Positions 1 through 24,839 of a stretch of 64,000 nt of DNA are shown here, piece by piece. The number at the start of each line of letters is the position of its first letter. The first letter of the stretch is position 1. The DNA is taken from assembly GCF_009914755.1 (NCBI RefSeq), contig NC_060936.1. One strand, given 5' to 3'. This DNA is from the human T2T-CHM13v2.0 reference genome, Homo sapiens. The position numbers and the translations under genes are program-made. The notes beneath the pieces are model-generated. The model made no database searches and was not told the DNA's origin. It was given only the letters and a program-made list of their open reading frames with translations.

Positions 1-199
1 CAAAGTACAACCCTCCTTCCTTGACCTCGATGTTCTCTGAACAGTCTTTGGGGTTCCAACCGTGGCGCCGCTGGGCCCCCAGGTCAGGAGGGGGTGCAGA
101 CAGCAGCTCTTCCAAGCCCTCGGGACAGGAGAGGTCAGGGTACAGGGCCTGTGGCGTGGGGGTGCTGCTGCTGCCCCCTGCCAGAGCTGTCTGGCCCAT
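1..199 (-). CDS. SPSB2: SPRY domain-containing SOCS box protein 2, N-terminal coding part (runs off the left edge)
   Basis: Minus-strand ATG at 199 gives MGQTALAGGSSSTPTPQALYPDLSCPEGLEELLSAPPPDLGAQRRHGWNPKDCSENIEVKEGGLYF, which I recognise as the SPSB2 N-terminus. Candidate acceptor (pyrimidine tract + CCAG) puts the exon start at 284; candidate non-coding exon 1 donor GA|GTAAGG at 513/512. Confidence 0.96.
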   Translation of the reverse strand, partial: MGQTALAGGSSSTPTPQALYPDLSCPEGLEELLSAPPPDLGAQRRHGWNPKDCSENIEVKEGGLYF

Positions 200-439
200 G
201 GAGGTGAGGAGCTAGAGGACTCCCCGAAAGAGGCTTGCTGGGGCGTCTTTCTCTTCTGAAAGTTGAGCTCCAGTTTGGATTGACCTGGAAGGGAGCTGGG
301 AGAAAAGGGGCGTGAAGAGCAGAATCCTGGCGGGGGCTCGTCACCCAGGTACCCCATCCTTTCACCCAAGTTTGCCAACGGGCCCGCTCCTCCCTCCTCG
401 CTGCCCCAAAGCTCCTGGGCCCTTCATCTGCCCTCGCCC

Positions 440-1100
440 CATCTGATCCAGGTCGCCAGAGACTCTCGCGAGTTCGCCCCCTTTGGGCCTCAGCATGGAC
501 CATCCCCCTTACTCGCCCGGAGCCCTCGCCGCTGCCCCCGAACCTCGGTTGACTTCCCAGCCCTGGAGGTCGCCGGGCCTCTGAAAGAGCCGGGCGGAAA
601 GAAGCCGAGGCGCGCAGGGCGCAGACCGCCGGCCGCTTCCGCCCCCAGCTCCTCCGTTGGGCCGAGCCCGTCCCGCGGCCCCGCCCCTCCAGGGCCCTCT
701 GGGGCTTAACCCTCTCATCGCCGCCCACGGCCGTGCAGCTCCGAGGCCACGCCCCTGTGGGGCCCCGCCCCCTCCTGGGCAGTTACCGCTCTATACCGGC
801 AGCAGCCGCGGAGAGCATGCCCCGCCCCCGTGGAGCCCACCCCGGGCGGTTAACCTCGGGTCTCAGTCCCGGGCTGTGACCCTCCCCGAGGCCCCGCCCC
901 CACGGCGAAGGCCCGGGGCAGTTAACCCTTCTCTTGCTGCGGCAGAGTCCGCACCCGGGCAGGCCCATCTCAGAATTAACGCTTTGATGGCATCACCGCG
1001 TCGGGAATCCCTGGGGATGGTGTTCTCCACCGTCAAGACCTTTGAGCCGCCTGAGCGACTAACTCCTGCGCCCCTGAGGGTAAGGAGCATGGGGTCAAGG
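440..1100. promoter_or_regulatory. CpG island / bidirectional promoter of SPSB2
   Basis: Very GC- and CpG-rich; GC boxes (G)GCCCCGCCCC at 677, 761, 819, 890; ETS-like CGGAA/TTCCG; splice donors on both strands (minus 513, plus 1079). Confidence 0.85.
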
Positions 1101-1422
1101 AGGGGCTTCATTGTGCCGAATCCCATTTCTACTTCCCTGTGATTCTGGGTCACTGTTTCTGGGCTGGTCCCTTTCTGCCCCGGGTTGTGAGTCAGCCTGT
1201 GCCACCTCTGAGGCTGTGAAATCTGCTTCAGGCTCTAGGCTGTACGCATCATAGTTCTCCCTGCTGGTCCAGTCTTCATACTGGATGCCAATCCATTACT
1301 GAGCCGTTGATCTCATTTGGTAGAGTGTCCTGATTAAGACTTCGAGTTTGAGTGAAGCTATGCCACTAGTTAACTGCGCGATCTTGGGGAAGTTGCCCGA
1401 TTTCTCTTTTTTTTTTTTTTGA

Positions 1423-1714
<292 letters not shown>

Positions 1715-2592
1715 TGAGTAGCTGGGATTACAGGCACCTGCCACCACGCCTAGCTATTTTTTGTATTTTTAGTAGACACAGGGTTTTGCCATGTTGGCCA
1801 GGCTGGTCTAGAACTCCTGACCTTGTGATCTGCCTGCCTTAGCCTCCCAAAGTGCTGAGATTACAGGTGTGAGCCACCACGTCCGGCCAAAAAAAAAATT
1901 TTTTTAGAGACAGGGTCTCCCAAAGTGCTGGGATTTCAGGCATGAGCCACTACGCCCAGCCCCAGATTTCTGTAGTTTTCTGTTATGTAAAATAGGAGCA
2001 ATGATGGTAGTTACCTCACAGGGTTGTTGTGCAGTTGAAATAATCCAGGTAAAGCATGTAGCACAGAGCTGGGTACATAGTAGTCACTCACCAAGCATAG
2101 CTGTCAATGTGCTTAATGAGTGCCGACACTATAAGGAGGCAATATAATATAATGGCAAACATGCCAGCTGTGGGACCAGACTCCCCGGGCATGAATACCT
2201 GAAGGCCAGTGTGTGTATGACCTTGGGCAAATTACTGAACCTCCCTGTGCCTGTTTCTTCCTCTGTAAGACAGAGATCACATTAGTATCTATTGCATGGG
2301 GTTGGTAGTGAGAATCCAATGAGGTTATAGATGTAACACATTTGGAAGAGTTTCTGGTTCGCATTTAATGATTTGTGCTAAGCACTGGAGATTAAGCTGT
2401 GAATCCTTAAGGAGGTTACAAAGACTTTTATAAAATAATGTATCATGTAGTAATAGTAAATAAAATTATGGAGATATAAAGAAAGTACTATAGGAGTAAA
2501 AAGAATAGGACTCCTATCCGGGGTTCAAGCAGTTAGGAAAGGAGCATCTCCAAAAGAGGTTCACACCTGGGCTGAATCTTTTCATGTCCTAG

Positions 2593-2850
<258 letters not shown>

Positions 2851-3539
2851 TGATCTGCCCGCCTCGGCCTCCCAAAGTGCTGGGGTTACCGGCATGAGCC
2901 ACCGCGCCCAGCCTGGGCTGAATCTAAAAGGATGACCAGGAATTGGCCTGAGACGAGCCACTTCTCTGCAGTATGGAGGTTGGGTTACGGTTGCTGCATG
3001 TAGAAGATATTCCAGACAGAAGAGTCCGCATGAAAAAAAGCAAGAAGCAGCAGGTGGGTTTGGGGAAGTACGATATCTTCAAGGTTGCTACAGCCAGAAA
3101 GGAAGCATGAGAAGGGCCAGATAAGTAGACAGCAAGTCACAGAGGCCTTCTAGGCTGAGTTAAGGAATGCAAATGTTTTCCCATAGGACAGGCCAGTGAT
3201 GGGGAGCCACTGTAGGATAGAAGAAGAGAGGAACATGGTCAGATAGGCATTTGATTTATTTATATATTTTGAGCCAGGGTCTCACTTTGTCACCCAGGCT
3301 GGAGTGGAGTAGCGTGATCACGACTCATGGCAGCCACAACCTCCTGAGCTCCGCTGATCCTCCTACCTCAGCCTCCTGAGTAGCTGGGACTACAGGTGCA
3401 TACCGCCATGCCGAGCTAATTTATTTTTATTTTTTTAATTTACAAATTATTATTTCTTAATTTTTAAAATAGAGACAGAGTCTCAGTCTGTTGCCCAGGC
3501 TGGTCTCGAACTCCTGAGTCAAGCGATCCTCCTGCCTCA

Positions 3540-4461
<922 letters not shown>

Positions 4462-5390
4462 TCAAGATGGAGATGACAGAAAGAGGAGTAATTGAGGGCA
4501 GGGGCAGGAGGGTGGGAGAGGGAGATGGTGAGTTCAGTTTAGGATATGTTTTTGAGGTGTCTGAGCCACAAGCAAATGGAACCATCCAGAACACACAAGA
4601 AAATGGCAGGTCTGGAGGCAGAATGAGAGGCCTGGGCTGGAGACAGGGATTTGGGAGGTGTGTCAGTCTTTAGTCAGGAGTTGAACTATGAGAATGAGTG
4701 AGTGAAATATGGGCGATGGGGACAAAGAGAGTGTGGAGCAACAGAAGGGTCAAGGAGAATAGAACAAGGTAGAAAATTCAGTTTTGATTACTTACAAGAT
4801 TGTTTTGGTCAGAGGTCACTGGCAACCTTGGTGAGAGACAGCACATGTGGGGACTGGTAGGTGGAACTCCAGGCTGAAGGGGCTGGACTGTCACAAGCTT
4901 TACATTTTGAAGGAATAGAAAATGAGGAGAAGTAAATTACAATTATGTCACATAGTTAAAGTTACCCTTGGAAATCCCTTAGTAGGCTGGGTGCAGTGGC
5001 TCATTCCTGTAATCCCACCACTTTGAGAGGCTGAAGCAGGAGCTTGAGCCCAGGAGTTTGAGACCAGCCTGGAAGACTAGTGAGACCCCATCTCTACCAA
5101 ATAATAATAATAAAATAGGCCGGACGCGGTGGCTGACGCCTGTAATCCCAGCACTTTGGGAGGCCGAGGCGTGTGGATCACCTGAGGTCAGGAGTTCAAG
5201 ACCAGCCTGGCCAACATGGTGAAATCCCATCTCTACTAAATATACAAAAAAAAAAATTAGCCAGGCGTGGTGGTGTGCACCTGTAATCCCTCAGCAGGAG
5301 AACTGTTTGAACCCAGGAGGCGGAGGTTGCAGTGAGTCAGGATGGCGCCACTGCACTCCAACCTGGGCGACAGAGTGATACTCCATCTCA

Positions 5391-5729
<339 letters not shown>

Positions 5730-5827
5730 TCAAAAAATAAAGTAAAATAAAATAAAAATAAATTGAGGACCACAAGAACTAGGAAAAAAAGAAAAAAGAA
5801 AAAAGAAAGGCCGAGGCAGGCAGATCA

Positions 5828-6082
<255 letters not shown>

Positions 6083-6213
6083 TTACTGCATCTGTTAGGT
6101 GAGCATATATTTGTTTGTGTAAAAATCACTATGTGGCTGTATATATATATATATATATATATAAAATGATGTACAAAATATTTTATAATGTTTTAAAGAG
6201 GAAGAAGAAAGCA

Positions 6214-6502
6214 GCACACTAAGAAGTAACTCAGGAATGGAAAACCAAACATCATATGTTCTCATAAGTGGGAGCTAAGCCATGAGAATGCAGAGGCATA
6301 AGAATGACACAATGGACCTTGGGTACTCAGGGGGAAAGGGTGGGAAGAGGTGGAGGGATAAAAGACTATAAATAGCGTTCAGTGTATACTGCTTGGGTGA
6401 TGGGTGCACCAAAATCTCACAAATCACCACGAAAGAACTTACTCATATAACCAAACACCACCTGTTCCCCAATAACCTATGAAAATAAAATAATAATAAA
6501 AA
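6214..6502 (+). mobile_element. 5'-truncated L1 3' end (L1PB-like)
   Basis: L1 3'UTR sequence (GAAGTAACTCAGGAATGGAAAACCAAACATC...CACCACCTGTTCCCC), A-rich tail, 13-bp TSD GAAGAAGAAAGCA at 6201-6213 and 6503-6515. Confidence 0.85.
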
Positions 6503-7034
6503 GAAGAAGAAAGCATACTAAAATAAAGATATGAACCTGAAACTTGTCATCCACCCAACCTGGATATGCTTGCCAGTATGTGACATCAATAATAACATCA
6601 TGACTGTAAGACCAGGCACAGTGGCTCACACCTGTAATCCCAGCACTTTGGGAGGCCAAGGTGGGCCGATTTGAGATCAGAAGTTGAAGACCAGCCTGGG
6701 CAGCATGATGAAACCCCGCCTCTACAAAAAATACAAAAAATTAGCCAGGCTTTGGTGGCTTGCGCCTGCCATCCCAGCTACTCAAGAGGCTGAGGCAAGA
6801 GAATCCCTTGAGTCTAGAATTGGAGGTTGCGGTGAGCCAAGATCAGGCCACTGCACTCCAGCCTGGGTGACAGAGCGAGACCCCGTCTCAAAAAATAAAT
6901 AACATCATGACTGTGGGTGGCAGCCTATGATGAATAGTAGTGAAGGACCCATGTGATAACCAAGGCCTGGGGACAGAGAACAGTGCCTGCCCCATGGCTA
7001 GCTCTAGCTCAGCTTGAGAATTTAATCACGCCTG

Positions 7035-7063
7035 TGCTGCTGATGCTGCTGCTGCTGCTGCTA
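7035..7063. repeat. Short interrupted (CTG)n microsatellite
   Basis: tgctgctgatgctgctgctgctgctgcta read directly. Confidence 0.9.
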
Positions 7064-7074
7064 CTGGTTGTTTA

Positions 7075-7233
<159 letters not shown>

Positions 7234-7543
7234 CTACTGGCACGTGCCTGTAGTCCCAGCTACTCAGGAAGCCGAGGCAGAAGAACCACTTGAACCCAGG
7301 AGGCGGAGGTTGCAGTGAGCCGAGATTGCGCCACTGCACTCCAGTCTGGGCGACAGAGGGAGACTTTGTCTCAAAAAAAAAAAAAAAAGGTTGTTTTAAA
7401 CAATTCATCAGTTGATGCCACTGAATCTGGAGCTGGTCAAACATTTGTTGCTAAAAGGTAAAAAATTTCGTAATGCTACAAGTAATTTAAATTTTTTACT
7501 TAAAAATTAAAAAAAAAAAAAATTGGCCGGGCATGGTGGCTCA

Positions 7544-7866
<323 letters not shown>

Positions 7867-9076
7867 TCAAATTCCTGGGTTCAAGTAATCCCCCCAACCT
7901 CAGCCTCCCAAGTAGCTGAGACTACAGGCATGTGCCACAATGCCTTTTTACTTATTTTATTATTTTGTTGAGACAGGGTCTCAGTGTACTCCAGGCTGGA
8001 GTGCAGTGGCACGACCATGACTCACTGCAGCCTCACCCCAGCCTCCTGAGTAGCTAGGACTACAGGCACATGCCACCAGGCCTGGCTAATATTTAACTTT
8101 TCGTAGAGACAGGGACTCTCTCTATGTTGCCCAGGTTGATCTCAAACTCCTGTACTCAAGCAATTCTCCTGCCTCGTCCTCCCAAAGTGCTGGGATTACA
8201 GGCATGAGCCACCATGCCTGGCTGTTTTTAAATTTTTATATATATATTTTGAGACAAGGTCTGGCTCTGTTGCCCAGGCTGGAGTGCAGTGCACGATCTC
8301 GGCTCACTGCAACCTCTGCCTTCTGGGTTCAAGCAACTTTCCCGCCTCAGCCTCTGGAGTAGCTGGGACAACAGGCGCCCCGCCAGCATGCCTGGATAAT
8401 TTTTTTGTATGTTTTTGTAAAGACAGGGTTTCACCATGTTGCCCAGGTTGGTCTCGAACTCCTGGGCTCAAGCAATCCACCCATCTTGGTCTCTCAAAAT
8501 ATTGTGATTACAGGGGTGAGCCACTGCGATCGGTCCTTTTAAAAAAAATGTCCCCTCCCACCACTGCCGTTTTTACTTTTTGATTGAGATGTAGCATATA
8601 TAAAGCACACTAATCTTAAATTGCCCAGTGAACTTTTACATACGTATACACTTGGGTGACAACCACCAAAAAGATCAAGATAAAGAATCCAGCTGGCTGG
8701 GCACGGTGGCTCACACCTATAATCCCAGTACTTTGGGAGGCTAAGGCAGGGGATCACTTGAGCTCAAGAGTTCTGAGATGAGCCTGGGCAACATAGGGAG
8801 ACCTCGTCTCTACTAAAAATTCAAAAAAGTTAGCTGGGTGTGGTGGTGCACGCCTCTAGTCCCAGTTACTCTGGTGGGCTGAGGTCGGAGGACTGCTTGA
8901 GGCTGCAGTGAGCCCTGACCATGCCCACTGCACTCCAGCCTGAGTGACAGAGCTGGATGCTGTCTTAAAAAAACAAAAACAAGGCCGGGCGCGGTGGCTC
9001 ACGCCTGTAATCCCAGCACTTTGGGAGGCCGAGGCGGGTGGATCACGAGGTCAGGAGATCGAGACCATCCTGGCTA

Positions 9077-9421
<345 letters not shown>

Positions 9422-10312
9422 TCATAATGTCAAATGCAGTGTCACTTGCCTCTAGTCACAGCTACTTGGAAGGCTGAGATGTGAAGACTACTTGAGCTCA
9501 GAAGTTCCACTGCACTCCAGCCTGGGTTACAGAGGGAAACCTTGTCTCTAAAAAAAAGAAAAAAGAAAGAAAGAAAAAGAAAACATAGTATGTATTCTTT
9601 GTGTCTTTCCAGCATTGTATCTGTAAGTCATCCATGTTCTTGCATGAAATAGCTCATAATTTTCATTGTCATATAGTATTCCATCATCTAAATATACCAC
9701 AATATATCTATTGTACTGTTGATGGATTTTTTTTTTAAGACAGTCTTGCTCTCTCGCCCAGACAGGAGTGCAGTCGTGCGATCTCGACTCACTGCAACCT
9801 CCACCTCCCAGGTTCAAGCAATTCTCGTGCTTCAACCTCCTAAGTAGCTGGGACTTCAGGCATGTACTACAACGCCTGGATAATTTTTGTATTTTTAGTA
9901 GAGATGGGGTTTCACCATGTTGGCCAGGCTGGTCTCAAACTCCTGACCTCAGGTGATCCACCTGCCCCAGCCTCCCAAAGTGCTGGGATTACAGATGTGA
10001 GCCACTGTACTGGGCCTGTTAATGGATATTTAAATTGTTTCCAGTTTTCCACCATTATAAAGTTGCCATGTACATTACTGTACAAGTCTGTTAACAAAAG
10101 ACCATGAGGCCTGCAGAAGAAAAACAAAGGAGAGCTTTATTTTTTGGAAAAAAAAAAAAATTCCAAATTGGGGAATGCTGCTGGTTTACACACTGTTCAC
10201 TGGAATAAAGTCTCTTTCCTCTGAATTCCTTTACAGCCTGTGATCCCAGTATTTTGGGAAGCTGAGATGGGAAGATCAGTTGAGGCCAGGAGTTGGAGAC
10301 TAGCCTAGGTAG

Positions 10313-10632
<320 letters not shown>

Positions 10633-12608
10633 TAGTTGGGTGATGGTGCACACCTGTAGTCCTAGTACTCAGGATGCCAAAGTGGGAGGATTGCTTGAGT
10701 CCAGGAGTTCAAGGCTGCAGGGGCTGCGAATGTGCCACTGCACTACAGACTGGGCAACAGAGTAAGACCCTGTCTTTTAAAACAAACAAACTAATAAACA
10801 AAACAAAACCAAATTCCTTTTCAGAGAACTTTTTTCACAAGTCTTTGGTGGAGCTAGGCATGCATTTTTCTTGGGTGCAAAACTATGTGCAGAATTGCTG
10901 GGTAATAAGGGATTACAACATATAGATTTAACCACATGCAATTTTCTGATTTCTTTCCATAGGGACATTTTATTCAGAAATTAAATCATTCAGAGTTCCA
11001 GCACTGTCGGGGGTCATCGGGCTCTGTCCACCGCCATAGGCCTAGCATTGTCACCAACGGAGCCATGGAGGGACCTCGGCCCAAGCTGGGGCCTCTTCAT
11101 TGTCGAAGAAGGCCTCTTGCCAGACCAGGCTCTGTGGGCGCGGCCAGGCTGGAGGACTAGGGCGGTGGCAGTGGCCAGGTGAGTGCACATGGCTGTGGGT
11201 GGTCCCTCAATTGCTCCCTCCTCTCTTTCGCTACCCCCTGGGCTGTAGGGAGGCAGGGCACCCAGCCGGAATGGCATGATCCTGAAGCCCAACTTCCACA
11301 AGGACTGGCAGTGGTGTGGCCATGTGGCTCAGCCAGCCCATGGGGCAGACCTGCAGAAGCAAGGTGGCCAGCAAAAGCAGGCTGCATGGCCCACTGATAT
11401 GGGCCCATCCACCCATAGTAAGGTGCCCCATGCTGAGGCATCACTACAAAGCACAAGCTGGCAGGGGCCTCAGCTTGGAGGAGTTAAGGGTGGCTGGCAT
11501 TTACAAGAAGGTGGCCCAGACCATTGGCATCTCTGAGGATGCAAGGAGGAGGAACCAGTCCACCCAGGCCCTGCAGGCCAAGGTGCAGAGGCTGAAGGAG
11601 GACCGCTCCTCACTCATCCTCTTCCCCAGGAAGCCCTTGGCCCCCAAGAAGGGAGACAGTTCTGCTGAAGAACTCGAACTGGATACTCAGCTGACAGGAC
11701 CAGAAATGCCCATCGGCAATGTCTACAAGGAGAAAGCCAGAGTCATCACTGAGTAGGAGGAAAACTTCCAGGCCTTGTTAGTCTCTGTATGGCCCATGCA
11801 AATGCCCAGCTCTTCGGCATATAGGCACAAAGAGCCAAGGAAGCTGTAGAAGAGGACGCTTAAAAAAAAAAAAAAACAGGGGTAGGCTCGAGCCGCTGCA
11901 TCAGCTTCGCGCTGGGTCTCTCGGTCCCGCAGCCATGAGGAGGACGCTGCCCAGACTCACTACCCGCCCTCTCGGTCCCGCAGCCACGAGGAGGACGCTG
12001 CCCAGACTCACTACCCGCCGGCTCCCTCCCCCGCGTCCCTGTGGTGGTGGGCGAAGATGACCTGTTGTGCATCAGATGCCTTTGAGACATACAACTGGAG
12101 ATGTGAGATAGGAAATTGAATGTAAAGACTGGAAGCTCGGCAGAGCAGAACTCTGAACAACGTGCCTCAGGAGTGCAAGTTGCTGATGAAGTGTGTCGCA
12201 TTTTTTATGACATGAGAGTTCGTAAATGCTCCACACCAGAAGAAATCAAGAAAAGAACAAAGGCTGTCATTTTTTTGTCTCAGTGCAGACAAAAAGTGCA
12301 TCATGTAGAAGGCAAAGAGATCTTGGTTGGAGATGTTGGTGTAACTATAAGTGAGCCTTTCAAGCATTTTGTGGGAATGCTTCCTGAAAAAGATTGTTGC
12401 TATGCTTTGTATGATGCAAGCTTTGAAACAAAAGAATCCAGAAGAATTGATGTTTTCTTGTGGGCATCAGAACTAGCACCTTTGAAAAGTAAAATGATCT
12501 ATACAAGCTCCAAGGATGCAATCAAAAAGAAATTTCAAGGCATAAAACATGAATGGCAAACAAACGGACCAGAAGATCTCAATCGGGCTTGTACTGCTGA
12601 AAAGTTAG

Positions 12609-12910
<302 letters not shown>

Positions 12911-13122
12911 AGTGGATCCTTAATTGTAGCCTTTGAAGGATGCCCTGTGTAGATCATCATTCAGTGCCACAAATTGAAAGCTTCCACGTTTAATGTTATC
13001 CTCTTGCTATATAAATAAAGCAAATATATTTAGGCCAGGGTCTCACTGAGGGGAGCTGTCTTGTCATCTTTTAGAGTAAACTAAATACTCTATAAACATA
13101 TGCAAACAGCCCTAAATATATC

Positions 13123-14527
<1,405 letters not shown>

Positions 14528-14689
14528 TCAGACATTTTGCAGCATGAAACACTTCAGTAAATTTATGAAGCTTTAGTTTGGTCTTTTCCTTTTTCTCCTG
14601 AGGGTGATTTTTATCAGTTCCTCAAGATTTTTTATTAGTGTTTCTCTGTGGCTCTCAAAAACTTCTTTATTTTTATGATTATTTCCTTA

Positions 14690-17690
<3,001 letters not shown>

Positions 17691-18319
17691 ATTTTCATTA
17701 ACCACATATCTTCGTTGTCACTTTAGCAGTTGTAGGAGAATCTGCTGACCTCGCTTCACAAATTTTTTGAATCTTGATTGAATGTACAGATTTTTTGAGG
17801 CCGTATTTTTTTTTTTTCCACTTTGGGGATAGACTTGTATGCTAGCATGGAAGGGAATTGTTTCTTCGGTTGAGTGCCTAAAGTGCTTGATGGCCTTTCA
17901 GATGGATCATGTCATACAGAAAGGAAGTATCTTAAAACACTACAATCTAGTTTAAGACATAAAACAGTAGAATCGCTGTCAGCGTCACAAGATACAAACG
18001 AAGGGCTCAGAACTGGGACCAAGAGAACATAGTCTCCCCATCTTACACTCGCTCGGAATGGGGGCTGGCCCCACTCTGCTCTATTTAATCTGAGCACTGT
18101 TGAATGAATCTGCGATGAAACTCCACATTTCCTTTAATCCTCACAACAAAGATAAACCAATTTTTAGATTCGTAAACTGAGGCTTAGAGAAGTTAAACGT
18201 ATTGTCCGAGACTACAGAACTGGAAAATGGCAAAGTCAAGATCCAACTCCGAAGAGCCTCCCCCTGCCCACTAGCGGGGAGGAAATGGCAAATGACACAG
18301 CAAAAAATGTTTAAAACCA

Positions 18320-18800
18320 GGATTCTCGGTCGCCGTCCCGCCCAGCGCCAACGCTCCGTCCCGCCTCGCATCAACGCCTCGCTCCTCCCCGCCCAGCGCC
18401 AATGCCCCGCCCCGCGCAGCCGCCCAGGTGCCAGTTGCGTAACCACGGCAAAGCTCGCGGCAGGGGGCGGGGCAGACGCTGACTGTCGCCGGGCGGCGGT
18501 CACGTGAGCGGGAGCGCAGCAGGCCGGCGGTCCGAGTGCCTCGCGCGCGCCCCACAGCGGCCGCACGCGTCTCGGGCTCTCCTCCCAGTAGTTCACTCCT
18601 TAGTGGCTACAGAAACTGGAGCCCGCCATCGGGCTTTCCCCTGAACTGCAGCTTCCGTCCCCGCCAATCTCTTCTCCGGCCCCAGCGCTGACTTTCATGC
18701 GTGGAGCATTCTGGCCCGGAACAGAGATCCCAGGGCGGAAACTAGGGCCCGAGGCTGAAAGTCCGTTCTTGGCGGCGAGGGCCGCCGCTAAACTGGCTGC
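18320..18800. promoter_or_regulatory. Orphan CpG island with promoter-type motifs
   Basis: CpG-dense non-repeat segment; GC boxes, E-box GTCACGTGA 18499-18507, X-box-like GTAACCACGGCAAA 18439-18452; no coding exon recognised nearby. Confidence 0.75.
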
Positions 18801-19059
18801 TGAGGGCGTCTCTAGCTCGGGTTCCAGAAGAGAGTGGAATGGACTGAGTGCTTGTGAGAAACTTCCTAATTGAGGCTTACCTACTAAAGTTCTTTACGTT
18901 TTAAAGGGTTCCATTGCATCAGCCCTCAAAATGTTTCCTTCCCCAGCCCTCTTTCTTCTATCATGGTGGTTATGTCTAGGGACTCTCCACTGGGAGACAA
19001 TCATTTTGTTCTCCCCGAGGAGGGAGGTCAGAAGTGGGAGACACCCAGGTTGTGTTAGA

Positions 19060-22570
<3,511 letters not shown>

Positions 22571-22906
22571 TCTACTGAGTCATAAAAATTCTGAGGAAAT
22601 GGTATTAAAGGGCATTTCATATGGACATTTATTATCTCACATAAAAAATCAGGAGGCTTCTGGAAAGTGGATGGTTCCTTGCTCTTATGAGACAGCAGTA
22701 AGAAAGGACTGTCAGTGGTCCCACTTGAGTCTCTGATAGCTATGTGCAGCCATCACATGACACTGGGAAGACTCAGTTACAGGAGAAGTCATCACTGTGG
22801 ATTGCAGTCCTGGAAGACATGGTAGAGCTGAAGGATCAGCCAACTTTGAGACTCAGCTCTAGCTGCCTGTCTCCAGTGGCCTAATGGACATCTCTATGAG
22901 GATGTT

Positions 22907-23272
22907 TGATAGGGTTTGGCTCTGTGTCCCTACCCAAATTTGATCTCAAATTGTAGTCCCTGTAATCCTCACATCCAGGGAGGGACCTGGTGGGAGGTGA
23001 CTGGATCTTGGGGGCGGTTTCCCCCATGCTGTTGTTGTGATAGTGAGTGAGTTCTCATGAGAGCTGATGGTTTTCTACGTGTTTGACAGTTCCTCCTTCA
23101 CACTCTCTCGCCTGCTACCATGTAAGACATGGCTGCTTCTCCTTTTGCCATGATTGCAAAGTTCCTGAGGCCTCCCCAGCCATGCAGAACTGTGACTCAA
23201 TTAAACCTCTTTTCTTTATAAATTACCCAGTCTTGGGCAGTTCTTTATAGGGTATGAAAACAGAGTAATACA
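22907..23272 (+). mobile_element. MaLR solo LTR (THE1D-like)
   Basis: TGATAGGGTTTGGCTCTGTGTCCC...ATTAAACCTCTTTTCTTTATAAATTACCCAGTC...TAATACA; 5-bp TSD ATGTT/GTGTT. Confidence 0.85.
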
Positions 23273-23569
23273 GTGTTCCATTACCACTAACTAGTTGGAT
23301 ATATTCATCTTCTCCATGTCCTATGTCCATTCAGTTGCTGAGTCTTGTTGAGTCTTCCTCTCCATCCCTACCTCCTTACTCCATACACTTATCATCTTCA
23401 GCTTCCTAAACTTTCAAGATTCTTCTACCTTCACTGAATCATATGCTAGATATATACCATATATATGCATTTGCTATCTATTTTAAGAATTTAAAGTAAC
23501 ATTTTAGAATTTATTGAGTTTTTCTACTTCTTTCTATCCAATAGTCTATTCTATTATTAGAAACAATAA

Positions 23570-24830
<1,261 letters not shown>

Positions 24831-24839
24831 GGTGGCAGG

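Noticed and set aside
7035-7063. CTG/CAG run as the DRPLA repeat
   Set aside because: Intergenic, short and interrupted; the ATN1 CAG tract is in exon 5, beyond the right edge.
11316-11756. 146-aa RPL13-like ORF as a functional ribosomal protein
   Set aside because: Lost start codon, frameshift, premature stop, intronless and interrupted 3' end.
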